A stretch of DNA of 61,952 nucleotides, filler included, from Hausera hauseri (lineage: Eukaryota): assembly GCA_046269625.1 (NCBI GenBank). It is 13 parts of 13 records of this genome, joined end to end, with 100 filler letters (N's around TTAATTAATTAA, not from the genome) between each part and the next. Parts side by side here need not be neighbours in the genome. Positions count along the whole stretch, not along the records: positions 35,242 to 39,423 come from JBJURY010715770.1; positions 39,524 to 46,605 come from JBJURY010039000.1; positions 46,706 to 51,183 come from JBJURY010561229.1; 10 more parts are not named here. The stretch is one strand, 5' to 3'. The position numbers and the translations under genes are program-made. Below are positions 35,142-47,120 of the stretch, in pieces. The notes beneath the pieces are model-generated. The model saw nothing but the letters and a program-made list of their open reading frames with translations. It was not told the origin of the DNA and ran no database searches. The stretch's first letter is position 1. Each line of letters opens with the position of its first letter.

Positions 35142-38100
35142 NNNNNNNNNNNNNNNNNNNNNNNNNNNNNNNNNNNNNNNNNNNNTTAATTAATTAANNN
35201 NNNNNNNNNNNNNNNNNNNNNNNNNNNNNNNNNNNNNNNNNTTGAAAGAATGGCTCGGAAGTAGGTCAACAGCAGAGATGATTGGAGACACCAGGAATCG
35301 CGAGAGGTGGAGATCCATAACAGCCTGTGCTTCGCAGCACGGCACCTGATAATGATGATGTGTATGTTGGAAAGATATATTCATATACATATGTTTTTAG
35401 TTTGGTTTTATTATATAAAATGGTTATCATACCAGCTGAATTTTGGGGGCCGGGGGCGGTAGTGGGAGAGGGATGAAGTTTGCTCCATCGAGCCGTTTTG
35501 TATCTGTCTCTCAAAGGTGACATTAATGACAGAGTTCGAACTTTCACTCTCTTCTCTATTCTTTAAACCGGATGTTCATAGAATCAATAAAGGAGTAAAA
35601 ATGCCAACCAAAGGTTGAGAGTAGGTGAGATCAAACACCTACAGACCGGACGTTCTGTTGAAGCCTTTCTCGGTATGAATGTCTTCTGGGAATTATAAAC
35701 TGTTTGTAATAATTGAAAACTAAAAGCCCAAACTGTCAGGGGAAATTAACCTGTATTGTATTTGCGTGTGTATTTACCGAACCGGCTGGTATCACGAAGT
35801 TCGTGAAGAAAATTTAATGCAGAGGTCACCGGCCCATGTCAAGGCCGCATCTAAGGGCAATCGTGGGGAAACCCGTCAGTAAACGGGAGGAGTCTGGGTA
35901 TAGTCCTCAAGTAAGTGATGGATCATGCAGTGCCGCATGGAGGACATCTGTCCAGTTCCTAAATATTGCTAATGTCAGCTACCCTTCTCCACAGTTCTTA
36001 AAATTAGGACAGTCCTTGTCACCGTAAAAGCTAGTCGCTCAGTTATGTGAAAATTAAACAAGAAAAGCGAAGATTGGAGAATGAAATATATAGAATGATA
36101 ATTATTATTTGACTGTAATCAGTTATCAGACACATACGTTTTGTAGAGTGTTACAACCGCACATTTTGTCAAGTGTTACAACCAGATATTTTGTAGAGTG
36201 TTATAAAAATAGGAAGAGTTGATTACAGAAAAAAAAAAAAGTTTGACACTTTTATGGAAATACAAAAACTTTAAGAATGTTCGATTACTCTTATAATTTC
36301 AATAAGTACGTACCGCATAAAATCTCATTCGATAAGAAACAACAAACCTGAATCGTTCCGACTGAACTGTTCGATCTTCCGTAAATAATGGAAATTCTTA
36401 TTGTCAATTTTTTTAAACAGTTAATAATCATTATTCATAATGTCACGTGCCTGACCAACGTGATGAGGAAAGTTTACGAACTTTGAAAGGTTGAATACAG
36501 GGAAGTAAATATAACGTGTCTTTCGTCTCCCCATCTATTTAAACCCGGTCACGATGGCTATTGCTTTGTTCAAAAAATTGTTTCCTTAATGAGCAGCATA
36601 AAACATTAAAATCTTTCTTCCCTGTAATTGTGTTTGGGTGTAACGTTCACTATGACTAATCGTACTTGTTTATTCATGTATTAAGATACAATTAGGATGT
36701 AATAACAGACAAAGCACTACATTTTTCATTGCTATCCTATAGTAGCAATACGATAACTATATTTTTAACTATCACAGAAGTGCTCTAACCGAGTGATAAG
36801 AGTGTTTTTCAACTTTCATAAAAGAGGTACATTGAAAGAGGGATAATTATTTTGTAATTAATATGTCCACGTAGAGGGAGGTAACCGTATTTTCACGACT
36901 GAAAAATGTCTATTGACAGGGACATAACTGCATACTTTCCAAGGAAAAAATAAAGTGCACTATCACGGGGATAATATATCTTTAATTATTTAAACAACAG
37001 TAATTAAAAAAAAAATTACCAAATGTTAACACTCACAAACCAACACTTACAAAATGTGAGTTGCGACCTGGATTATCATTGCTGCACGTCAGACAGGTCC
37101 AAGGTTGCTCCCATCTCAATTCGGTTATCTCCCCCAGCGGGGAATATGCTGTTTATTAATGCTGCTTCGAGACCAGAATACGCTGATGAAATCAACCGGA
37201 AGAAAGATTTTGACTATTAAAAACATAAGGACGACACCTCTTTGTGCTCACCACATTCCCCAACAGTGTACCGTTGGTCGATGGATATTGTGGAGGATAA
37301 ATCTGTATTCACTTACAGGCTTTTAGAGGTCAATGAGTGACAATTTTTATTTTGAGCATGTGAGTGAAACAACCATACGACTGTAGAAAAGTCACTGTGA
37401 TATTACACAATAAGCAAGCTGCCTCGTGTAAATAATGCATGATGGACTAGAACTACAAGAAAATGATTACCCATAAACGAGATCACGGACTTGTTTTATG
37501 GTCGCACCCGCTCACTCGTCTTCGCCAAAAACAAATGATTCACAATTGAACTTGTGCAACGTTCCACAAAATCTTCTCTTTATTGCCGAAAATCTAAGCT
37601 ACTTTTAAGGGACGTCGAGTTCTACTGCCGGTGACTTTACATAGCCCGAGCTGATGACCCAGAGTCAGCCAAATATCTTAATACGTCCTGATCATGAATC
37701 CTGGGCGAAGGAAGAGAAATGGTATCGGTCAGATTATCGAGATGCCCCCCTCCCCCAATAGAAGACTTCTACGAGAACGAGTATTGCACTGTCTCCCGGG
37801 GCAGTAGGGGATACCATGTACACCATCCAACAATCTTTCTGACGGCTAAAACAGTCGTTTTGTTGGTAGTTTAGAAGAGTACACCACTCAGTGAGGTGAA
37901 GCTAAACAACCACAACAATTACTGACTATTTCTCGTCATGCAAGACGGTTTCACGGAAATAACATTTTAGATCCGCTATTTTGAGGATGACAATCAAAAG
38001 TGCTTGATATTTCAGGATTTTGTTATATCGCAGTTGTCAACACTGTATAAAAATATTTTTTGTCATGGCCTTTAAATATGGGAACATGTGAATCACAGAT

Positions 38101-39249
38101 GGTTACTACTATTAAATGGGACGGGAACTGAGACTGGGTGGATATGATTGTGTGGTGATAAAAGTAATGTTGGATAATTAACTACAAGGATATTATTTAA
38201 AGCAGTAACGCTAGACAAAAAACTATTTACTATATTTATCACGCGGTGTGCTCAAAATCCCCACACCTCCTTCTATTGCTCTGAGCGGAGATAGTGTTAT
38301 GATGGATTGATTAAACTCAGGACAAATACGCCGAACAAGACCTTCCAGTATCTATACAAGATGCTTTCTGAAATCAAAAACACCTATGGCTGCCATTTTG
38401 ATAAACGATTTATTTTCCCTTGGTGATGGATCCATAATGCATACACTACACTACAACCAATATTCAGCTTAGAGACAAACAGTGCGTAGTAATTCTCGCA
38501 TTTATGAAACGTATTTTACTGAGCTCCTGGGTTTATTATACCTTTCTCACAGTCCTGTTAATCAATCATATTGTGCCGTCTGAAAGAAATCTGAAAGATT
38601 ACAGTCTCAACAGAATAAGAAAGTGGATTAAAAGGACTAAACACAAAGAACAACATAAATTGCGGTTTGGTTTTGTGACAATCAGTTGTTTAACGCAGAA
38701 ATACGGACAAAACATTCGTATTACATTCACTAAAATCTCAAAGTGCATTGTTACAAACATCAGGGGAGGCAGAGGTTCCGTGTGGGCGATGACCCATAAC
38801 CGGCCCTGATACACAGTGCCTATTACGAAGCATAGTCAGCCATTCCCTCTTTTTTCGTCCAAGTCGTGTCTCAGGGCAAGGGTAGGGAGAGACCTGTCGC
38901 CTATGGGGCGGAGACTCGGGATAGTCCCCAGTTAAGTAGTTGATCATTGTGATTGTATACTATGCAAGTGAAATTCAAGACAAATAAATTAACCAGCCGA
39001 GAACTCAAGGGCAAGTAACCGGAAAAAGCCGGAAGACACAGTTAGTCATAGAGGACAGAAGCAGTTGGGCAAGCTCTGTCGCTTCAAGTTTGAAATCCTG
39101 CGACATCCAAACTTGTGATGAGATAATTCAAGTTACAGCTCGAACTTACATTTGTTGTGATATTTCGCTTATTCATCAGAAGAATGATTCCGTCAAGTGG
39201 TGACACGGTGAAGATAAGGTTTCGCTATTTTGCAGACTCTAGAAGAATC

Positions 39250-39423
39250 TCGTTCTCCATATATAGTGAAATGATAATAAGAGCTATAGAAGACGAACCA
39301 GGAATATTAGTAGGAGGACACAATATAAATAACCTAAGATATGCCAATGACACTGTACTGATTGCTACAAGTGAAAAAGATCTGCAAACGCTTGTCGACA
39401 AAGTAGTAGAAGAGAGTGACAGC
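39250..39423 (+). pseudogene. RTE-clade non-LTR reverse transcriptase fragment
   Basis: FSIYSEMIIR..GILVGGHNINNLRYANDTVLIATSEKDLQTLVDKV (YADD decayed to YAND). Confidence 0.85.
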
Positions 39424-40683
39424 NNNNNNNNNNNNNNNNNNNNNNNNNNNNNNNNNNNNNNNNNNNNTTAATTAATTAANNNNNNNNNNNNNNNNNNNNN
39501 NNNNNNNNNNNNNNNNNNNNNNNATTATCACATTTTATAAGTTTACGGTTTTCTATGACCGTAAGAAAAGATGGCCCAATTTTTGAATTAAATTAATCTT
39601 ATTTCTAAATTGATTACTTAACAATCTATAGAATGATAATGAAGAATTAAAAATAAGAAAAATATAATTAATCGAGAAAAACAATATTTTAAAATAGAAA
39701 TCAAAATTAGAAATTATAACTTATACACAATGTAAAAGAAAAGCTTACAATTGTCATAAGCAACGCAAGACATCGTATCACGAGAAAAATCGTCCCAGTT
39801 CAGAGAAAAATTATCAGTCTTGTTCAAAAATCATTCAAAACACTGATTAATACAATAGCTTATATGCTACATTTTGTGTGCTGATTATTGATAAAAATTT
39901 CCAATCGATTATGAATAAATATAATTTAATCATACATAATAAATAAAATCAAATGGGTGCACAAACCATAACAAGAGATTTAAAATCGCATACATATACA
40001 AGCATTAAAGAAAAATTTAATGTAGTTTCCATAAATCAGTTCCTAATTTCAGATAAATTAGTCAGGATACAATATGAAATAAAATGAATTGAAATGTGAA
40101 ATAAAATGAACTGAAATGTAATATTCGGTAAAACTGAATCAACACATAATCTTCAATTGTCAACACATAACTGCAACAATCACTAGTAGAAATAATAAAT
40201 TTTGGATACTGCCATTGGAAAATCACGTCCGGGTTTTTCATAACAAAATGGTCAATGAAAAAGCTTTTCGTCAGAAAAAAAGCAAAAGAAATCCAATTTG
40301 AGCTGTTAACTGTAACAGCATTTCGCACATGTTCAAGTCTCCTGGGCTATAAAATATTCGTTGCTCTTCTCGATTTATTGAAAATAAAAATTTATACATG
40401 TGTATAATTAAACGAATATATCTTCGATTGACACAACTTTCAGAAAACATTAAAATAACATTAGCTCAAAAAAAGAAGCGAAGAGTTTGTCAAAGTTCCA
40501 AATACCTAAACGTAGTTTGGGAAGACGAGTGCCGCAAAATTTGCTTTATTTTGGATTCGTTGGCGAACAAATTTTTCATATTATTAATCATCATTATATT
40601 TTGTACGTCTCCCTGCCTATTTGTCATAAAAACGCGGTATATTATAGACTTCAAAATTCAGAAAAAAAAACTTCTAAACATAT

Positions 40684-43600
40684 CTATTCACTCTGAAAAG
40701 AAGCAACATCTAGGAAAATAGGAATTTCCTGATCCAAACTCATATAGCAATCACTCATAAAATACAGTCGGTAAATGTATCGTCCTGATTTTTCCGGAGC
40801 AAAAAATGACAGCGTCACTTTGGTTCGTTCCTGACGAATCATCGGAACACGCTTAAGAGCGATTACTTCCTGATTTTCCGGATAGCCAAGAATTAGAATA
40901 TAGCCTTCGTCTTTCGATTTTGGGAATTTTGGAGAAAATGCCTTCGGTATGGATCCGTTCGAAATTCCAATAACTTTCGGAAAATTCAACTGATGCAATT
41001 GGATCTGGAGAGAGTATTCCTTGTCAGCAACTAGCGGAATCCAGATTTTCTGACCATTGTGACTGGCTATTCGACTGGCACTTGCCCACGACGAGATGTG
41101 ATTGTCTTTGACGGTGGGGATAATGGCATTGCAAACAAAAACGTCTTCTCCTGCATAGTCATCTTCCTCGTTATCCACATCGGTTGATTTTGTAGCATTG
41201 TTAATGACCTTATTTGGAATCTGAACGTCATCACTACGTCCGTTCGTCATTGTCCCTTTCACTTTCATCGTCACATCCATTATTGGGTAAGCTTGTAGAA
41301 CTTCGTACACTTTGTCAACCTCTTGTTTGTCAAAACCGTGAGACAACATTTCTTTCAGAACGCCGTATTTATTATTCACGATATTCATCATTTCCGGCAG
41401 CGATGATATAGGCCGCCCGTTTCTGTCCTTCAAATATCGGATATGGTGGTCCTCAATGCCGGGTAACTGGCGCAACGGGTGATCAGTAATCCAAAGTCCC
41501 TGGACTATCATCTGGATCATCTGGATTAGACGCAGACAGACGGCAAGCCATCCTTCACTGCCAGCTGCATCAATCATAGCCTGAACAATTCTTATTGCTT
41601 GATCCAATACCAATTTCGTGTCTACATAGTAATCCACGATGGGCAATTCCGCCCGACAGAAATGAGCCTGCAGCAAAATGTTGGCCTTCGTATTGGGACT
41701 ATCCATTGTGTTAGGATTCACTTTAATTGGAACTCGTTTGGCAAGTTCAGCATTGAGTTGGTCTTCATTGTGTCGAACTGGGAGTTCTGCAAACTCGTCA
41801 GTTGATGACAAAATGTCCAGTAACTCTTCTAAAGAACTTGTTTTCCGCATTTTTTCATGGAACAACCGGACAGTGACGTGTTTTAGATAATAGTATGATG
41901 CAATTCGGCCCATTATACCAGGTTCGAGGGTCGTATTATCGGTTGGATTTATTTCAACACAATGACTTTGTTCGAGTTCTGATACGACAGATTCAACCAA
42001 TTGCGACAAAAACTTGTTTATATCTGAATGATCGACCGACTCTAATCCATAGTAATTAGGATTCATCAGCAATCGACGGAAGAAAAATGTAAATGTTAAA
42101 TAGTTCATTGCCAACTGTTTGCTGGTAACAGAACCCGAAACAATTTCAGCATTCAAATGATCTGGTAACACTTTCAACAGACTACTCTCGACCGGGAACG
42201 GGTCATACAGAAATTTCTTATAGAAGTCCTTCTTGGTGTCTTGAACCATGATTATGGCTTTACCATCGTTGTCAAACTGAGGCCGACCGGCCCGGCCCAT
42301 CATTTGCAACACGTCCGTTATCGGATAATCTACATACCGTTTCGTTCGTCCATCGAAATACTCCGTGCCTTTCACAATAACCATATGAGCTGGAAAATTA
42401 ACACCCCATGCTAACGTAGATGTTGCAATGAGTATTTGAATCTTCTGATGGAGAAACAAATATTCAACGAGTTTCCTGTCGCTCTCGTGCAAACCGGCAT
42501 GATGTAGACCGATTCCGTATGCAACTGTAAGTTTCAAGTTTTGATCGTGAATTTTTTCAATGATCAATTGAACTTCGTCGTCATTCAGACTTCGCCACTG
42601 ATAACAGTCATCAGATCCGGCAAGAAACGAAATCAGATCCAATGCAGTTAACCGAGTTTGTCGACGACTACTCACGAAAACCAGAACCGGTTTGGTTTTC
42701 GAATGAATTTCAATACATTGAAAAATTGGTTTATTCATTGTGGCCATTCGTGGGCAATAATGTCGACCAGGAAATCCCTGAATGTGAACTTGTAATGGAA
42801 CCGGTCGAACAGACGGTCTGAAATTGTAAAACCCATTGGACGATGGATCGATATGTAACCAATTAGCAAGATCTCGCGCATTGGCCAATGCAGTGGACAA
42901 ACCAACGATTCTGACTTTACAATTCGTGTACGATGAAATGAAATTATTCCTCGATACTATTACTTCAAGCACTGGACCTCTGTCTTCTCCCAGTAAATGG
43001 ATTTCGTCGATAACAATCAACGAAACATCTTGAACGAATTTCCTTTCTGTCCAACTTCGACTGACACCGTCCCATTTTTCCGGAGTCGTTATTATCACAT
43101 CCGACGACGCAACGGCTTTCATATCCGGTGCAATATCACCGGTCAGTTCGACTACTTTTTTATGTAATTTCTCTTCGAATTTCACTTTCCATTCATTGAA
43201 TCGTTCACGAACGAGTGCTTTCAACGGTGCAATATAAACACACTTTTTATTCGGTTGCATTCGAAACACTCGCAGAATTGCCAATTCAGCAGCAACGGTC
43301 TTACCAGATCCGGTTGGAGCACCTAATAGGACATTCGTATCGGAATGGTAAACAGCATGAAATATTTGCGTTTGGATGGGATTGAAATGAGAAAATGAAT
43401 AAATTGTTTGAAACTGCTTGTTTTTTAATGCAGTAATTGGTAACGGTCGTAAATCAAGCAGATTAGTTTCCGGCGGATAGACATCAGGTAAAATGAGATT
43501 CTTGAACGAAATCGGCAAACTAGTTGAAGATCCGATCCATGTATCACTGACAATTTGTAAAACATAAAACGGCGGTACTGGCTTGAATATTGGAATGGCA

Positions 43601-45984
43601 AACACTACTTCAACGGTTTCGTGATTATTAACTTGCTTTTTAGAAATGCTCAATAATTCCGAATAATGAATAACATCCGAATCTGGATCTTCAATCCATA
43701 ACCAAAAGTTTACTGACTGTGTACCATGATACCGGTCAAGCCATTTGAATTTCGGTGTAATTTTTGCATGTAGCCGCAATATTGTTCCGGTAATCGGCTG
43801 TACGTCCACATCAGCATCAACTAATGGAATGTTATTTACTAATTCTTTAACTTCTCGAGAAGTTTGACCGAATCCAATGATATCGTGAAGTTCTTTAACC
43901 GATAAATTTCGAATCGTATCTATCGATAAATTCTTCCCTTCTATCCTGTCCAATACAGCAATTGGTAATACGTTTGCAAATTGCCGTAACGGTGTATTGT
44001 ATTCCCAGAGTTGATGTTCGATCGACTTACAAATGCCAAGCATTTGATTAGCCATTAATGCCCATCCACTTCTCAAAGCCCTCTCAAACAAATATCGGGA
44101 AATTCTACCGATGCTCTGATTAACAAAATTAAGATCAGATACCAAACTAAAGGACTTAGGAAAAACTCTACTGATGTAACTTTGAATTAGAATGTTGACT
44201 TTCCCGCACAGGTCCGACGTATCTTCATGAACCAATTTTACTTGGCAACACGTTTCTGCTAACATGTCCAATTCATCCAATTCTTCATTTCGAACTTTCA
44301 TCTGAGAAAATTCACTGGAAGTTGCTAGTAAATGGAATGTTTTTTCCCGAGAAATAGTACTGACAAATTCATCCATAATCCGACTTGCAGTTTCGAATTT
44401 TATGTAATAATGACTTGTCAGTCGACCGGCATCGGTTGACGTCATATACCCGTTTTGTTCGTTGAATCGAATAAGTCTAGCCTTATCAAGTTGACGTGCC
44501 GATTCCCGAATAAGATTTTCTCGAAATTCATACAGCGAACAATCGTTACGTAATTCGGCCCAAGTAGCACCGTAAACGAGAGGATTTTTAATCATTCTTA
44601 CATATAAATATGTGTACTGGATCCAACGAATAGCCTCTTGCATATTGGTCACCGTTCCCAATGCAATTTCCGCATTCAAACAGTCATTCAATGATTTCAT
44701 TAGATTACTCTCAATCGGATATTGGCTCATCAACAACGACTGGTATTGGGCCAATTTGTCGATTTTACAAATGATAATTCCGTGACCAACTTTGTCGAAC
44801 TGCGGTCGACCGGCACGACCGAAAATCTGCAGAACATCCAGAATACCGAGATCGACAAATGACGACCTTTCCGCGTCGTAAATTTGAGTGCCTTTAATAA
44901 TGACAGCATGTGCCGGTAAATTAACACCCCAAGCCAAAGTGGCAGTGCAGCACAGAACACGAATGTTTCCCTTTAGAAATTGATCTTCAACGAACGACCG
45001 ATCTGGTCGCAACATACCGGCATGGTGACAAGCAAAACCGTCTTTAAACAAATCCCGTAAACTCTGATCTCGTGATTTGTCAACACGTTTCAAAGCAATG
45101 TTAAAATCATTATTGAGTAGTTGGTTGTGCACCACGGATATTCTACCTTGTTCCTTCATGGAATTGCAGAGAAACCGAGCAGTTCGCTGGGTGTCTGTAC
45201 GTGCATGCACGAAAACCATAACTTGCTCGCCCAATTCAAGGAAATGCAGGACTTCTCTTAGACACTCTTCGTTCAGACGTTCTTCGGGGGTTTTGATTTG
45301 ATGGGGTTTGACACCGATCAGAGTTTGATTGAGTGGAACCGGTCGAAATCGGGAATCGAAATAAAACAATCCTTTGAATGGATTGACACCGAGAAACTGA
45401 GCAACATCCAAATAGTTTGGTAGAGTTGCCGATAAACCGACAATTCGAATGACTTTCTGATGGGCCTCGACCTGTCGTAATGTGCGTGCAACGATCGACT
45501 CGATCACCGACCCTCGATCTTCGTGCAGTAGATGGACCTCGTCGATAATGAGCAATTTCACCAGCTGGACAAGTCCAGTGTCACCGGTGCTTTTGCGGGT
45601 GATAACGTCGTACTTTTCCGGTGTCGTGACGATAATCTGCGTACTGGTGATCTCCTGTTTGGACAGCTGCATATCGCCCGTGCATTCGCGAACTGAAATA
45701 CCCAACTTCTTCAGTCGAACACCGAATGTCCGTGTCATTTCTGCGGCCAATGCTTTCATCGGAGCAACGTAAATGATTTTGAATTCGTTCAATTTGATTT
45801 TCCCACCCGGCCCTATGTTCTGTTTGATCTGATGCAAAATGGTCAGCATTGCAATATTGGTTTTTCCGGCACCAGTCGGTGCACAGACGAGCATGTTTTC
45901 GTTCGTACCGTATGCCGTTTCAAACACGACCGACTGAATCAGATTCAATTGTTTCATTCCTTCGAATCCCACTTGGCCAGTCAT
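40684..45984 (-). CDS. ASCC3: Activating signal cointegrator 1 complex subunit 3 (dual Ski2-like helicase plus Sec63 cassettes); N-terminus continues upstream through frameshifts
   Basis: Two cassettes (APTGAGKT..DEVH; APTGSGKT..DEIH) and ASCC3-type signatures AYGTNENMLVCAP, PGRHYCPRMATMNKP, YRLYFMSDCYMSLDQ; 1766 codons uninterrupted. Confidence 0.95.
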   Translation of the reverse strand: MTGQVGFEGMKQLNLIQSVVFETAYGTNENMLVCAPTGAGKTNIAMLTILHQIKQNIGPGGKIKLNEFKIIYVAPMKALAAEMTRTFGVRLKKLGISVRECTGDMQLSKQEITSTQIIVTTPEKYDVITRKSTGDTGLVQLVKLLIIDEVHLLHEDRGSVIESIVARTLRQVEAHQKVIRIVGLSATLPNYLDVAQFLGVNPFKGLFYFDSRFRPVPLNQTLIGVKPHQIKTPEERLNEECLREVLHFLELGEQVMVFVHARTDTQRTARFLCNSMKEQGRISVVHNQLLNNDFNIALKRVDKSRDQSLRDLFKDGFACHHAGMLRPDRSFVEDQFLKGNIRVLCCTATLAWGVNLPAHAVIIKGTQIYDAERSSFVDLGILDVLQIFGRAGRPQFDKVGHGIIICKIDKLAQYQSLLMSQYPIESNLMKSLNDCLNAEIALGTVTNMQEAIRWIQYTYLYVRMIKNPLVYGATWAELRNDCSLYEFRENLIRESARQLDKARLIRFNEQNGYMTSTDAGRLTSHYYIKFETASRIMDEFVSTISREKTFHLLATSSEFSQMKVRNEELDELDMLAETCCQVKLVHEDTSDLCGKVNILIQSYISRVFPKSFSLVSDLNFVNQSIGRISRYLFERALRSGWALMANQMLGICKSIEHQLWEYNTPLRQFANVLPIAVLDRIEGKNLSIDTIRNLSVKELHDIIGFGQTSREVKELVNNIPLVDADVDVQPITGTILRLHAKITPKFKWLDRYHGTQSVNFWLWIEDPDSDVIHYSELLSISKKQVNNHETVEVVFAIPIFKPVPPFYVLQIVSDTWIGSSTSLPISFKNLILPDVYPPETNLLDLRPLPITALKNKQFQTIYSFSHFNPIQTQIFHAVYHSDTNVLLGAPTGSGKTVAAELAILRVFRMQPNKKCVYIAPLKALVRERFNEWKVKFEEKLHKKVVELTGDIAPDMKAVASSDVIITTPEKWDGVSRSWTERKFVQDVSLIVIDEIHLLGEDRGPVLEVIVSRNNFISSYTNCKVRIVGLSTALANARDLANWLHIDPSSNGFYNFRPSVRPVPLQVHIQGFPGRHYCPRMATMNKPIFQCIEIHSKTKPVLVFVSSRRQTRLTALDLISFLAGSDDCYQWRSLNDDEVQLIIEKIHDQNLKLTVAYGIGLHHAGLHESDRKLVEYLFLHQKIQILIATSTLAWGVNFPAHMVIVKGTEYFDGRTKRYVDYPITDVLQMMGRAGRPQFDNDGKAIIMVQDTKKDFYKKFLYDPFPVESSLLKVLPDHLNAEIVSGSVTSKQLAMNYLTFTFFFRRLLMNPNYYGLESVDHSDINKFLSQLVESVVSELEQSHCVEINPTDNTTLEPGIMGRIASYYYLKHVTVRLFHEKMRKTSSLEELLDILSSTDEFAELPVRHNEDQLNAELAKRVPIKVNPNTMDSPNTKANILLQAHFCRAELPIVDYYVDTKLVLDQAIRIVQAMIDAAGSEGWLAVCLRLIQMIQMIVQGLWITDHPLRQLPGIEDHHIRYLKDRNGRPISSLPEMMNIVNNKYGVLKEMLSHGFDKQEVDKVYEVLQAYPIMDVTMKVKGTMTNGRSDDVQIPNKVINNATKSTDVDNEEDDYAGEDVFVCNAIIPTVKDNHISSWASASRIASHNGQKIWIPLVADKEYSLQIQLHQLNFPKVIGISNGSIPKAFSPKFPKSKDEGYILILGYPENQEVIALKRVPMIRQERTKVTLSFFAPEKSGRYIYRLYFMSDCYMSLDQEIPIFLDVASFQSE

Positions 45985-46914
45985 GGAAAAACAAGATTTC
46001 TATTCGATTGACGGGAATCTGATCCCGTCTTTCTCGTGCCGGGATTTTCCGTTTCTCATCATATCGACAATATTCCGATTTACAATTTCCGACGGTGATT
46101 CTCGTTCGGTTGACATTAATATTTTTAGCCTTGACAATTTGCATTGGCAATTGAACCATACATAACGTTCCTGGAATCCATGACCAGAATGTCTGTATTT
46201 TTATTAGCTCTTATTGGTTCCGGTAAACGGATTATTCCGTGTTTAATTCCATCAATATTACAGATTTTACCGCATACAATATTATGGTCCGCAACCATAT
46301 CTAATAAGTCAATCAAATTCTTCGAATTCAATTTCAGGAACATAAACTTTGGTATAGTATGTTGGAGCTAAATTTAAACAATAGGTGTTTTGACTTCGGT
46401 CATCAATCTGAACTAAGCTTTTAAACGTTTCATAGTTTGTTGCGGATGTGACATTAAATAAGAAATAATTTGAACACAATTGGATCGAATAAGTTCTTCA
46501 ACGGAGTCATAACCCAACTGATAAATTGGAATTTGGCTGCCAGTCATCATTTCATAGTCACCATTCAGTCGACTAAGTGTTACACCATCTTTGTTTGATC
46601 CGACCNNNNNNNNNNNNNNNNNNNNNNNNNNNNNNNNNNNNNNNNNNNNTTAATTAATTAANNNNNNNNNNNNNNNNNNNNNNNNNNNNNNNNNNNNNNN
46701 NNNNNGCGACACTGGATAACAAAGAACAAAAGTGTCGCCTATGGACATTATTGTACAAATGTGTAAATATTAGATTGTACATATTATATTAATAAATATT
46801 TTGTGCAGAATTCTTTGTCTTCTGTTTTGTCTTAATGTAAATTATTTTGTTGTTTCATTTCATTAAGTGACAATGGTATTAAGTGACAGTGGTATTAAGT
46901 TTGTAAAATTTAAA

Positions 46915-47120
46915 CAAAAGTGGGGTGGGAATAGTGAAACCACGACCAAACCAATCAATATTGGGGGTGGGAATAGCGAAACCACGATCAAACCAATCAA
47001 TATATTGAATTTCAAAATCAATATATTGATTTTCAAAATTCCCCATATAAAATTCCCATACAATATTGATTATCGATTCTGGGGGGGGGGGGTGGGGTGG
47101 TGTGCTCCTTTCCACCTACT
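46915..47120. repeat. Polinton-like TIR (right end, ...CTACT)
   Basis: Near-exact reverse complement of 50950-51183; internal repeats GGGGTGGGAATAGTGAAACCACGA..AAACCAATCAATAT. Confidence 0.8.

Noticed and set aside
37645-37715. Hammerhead ribozyme (CTGATGA..CCCAG/CTGGG..CGAAG)
   Set aside because: The GAAA core is absent and stems I and III could not be formed.
40684-45984. SNRNP200/Brr2 assignment
   Set aside because: Signature segments (TNENMLVCAP, HYCPRMATMNKP, MSDCY..LDQ) fit ASCC3 rather than Brr2.
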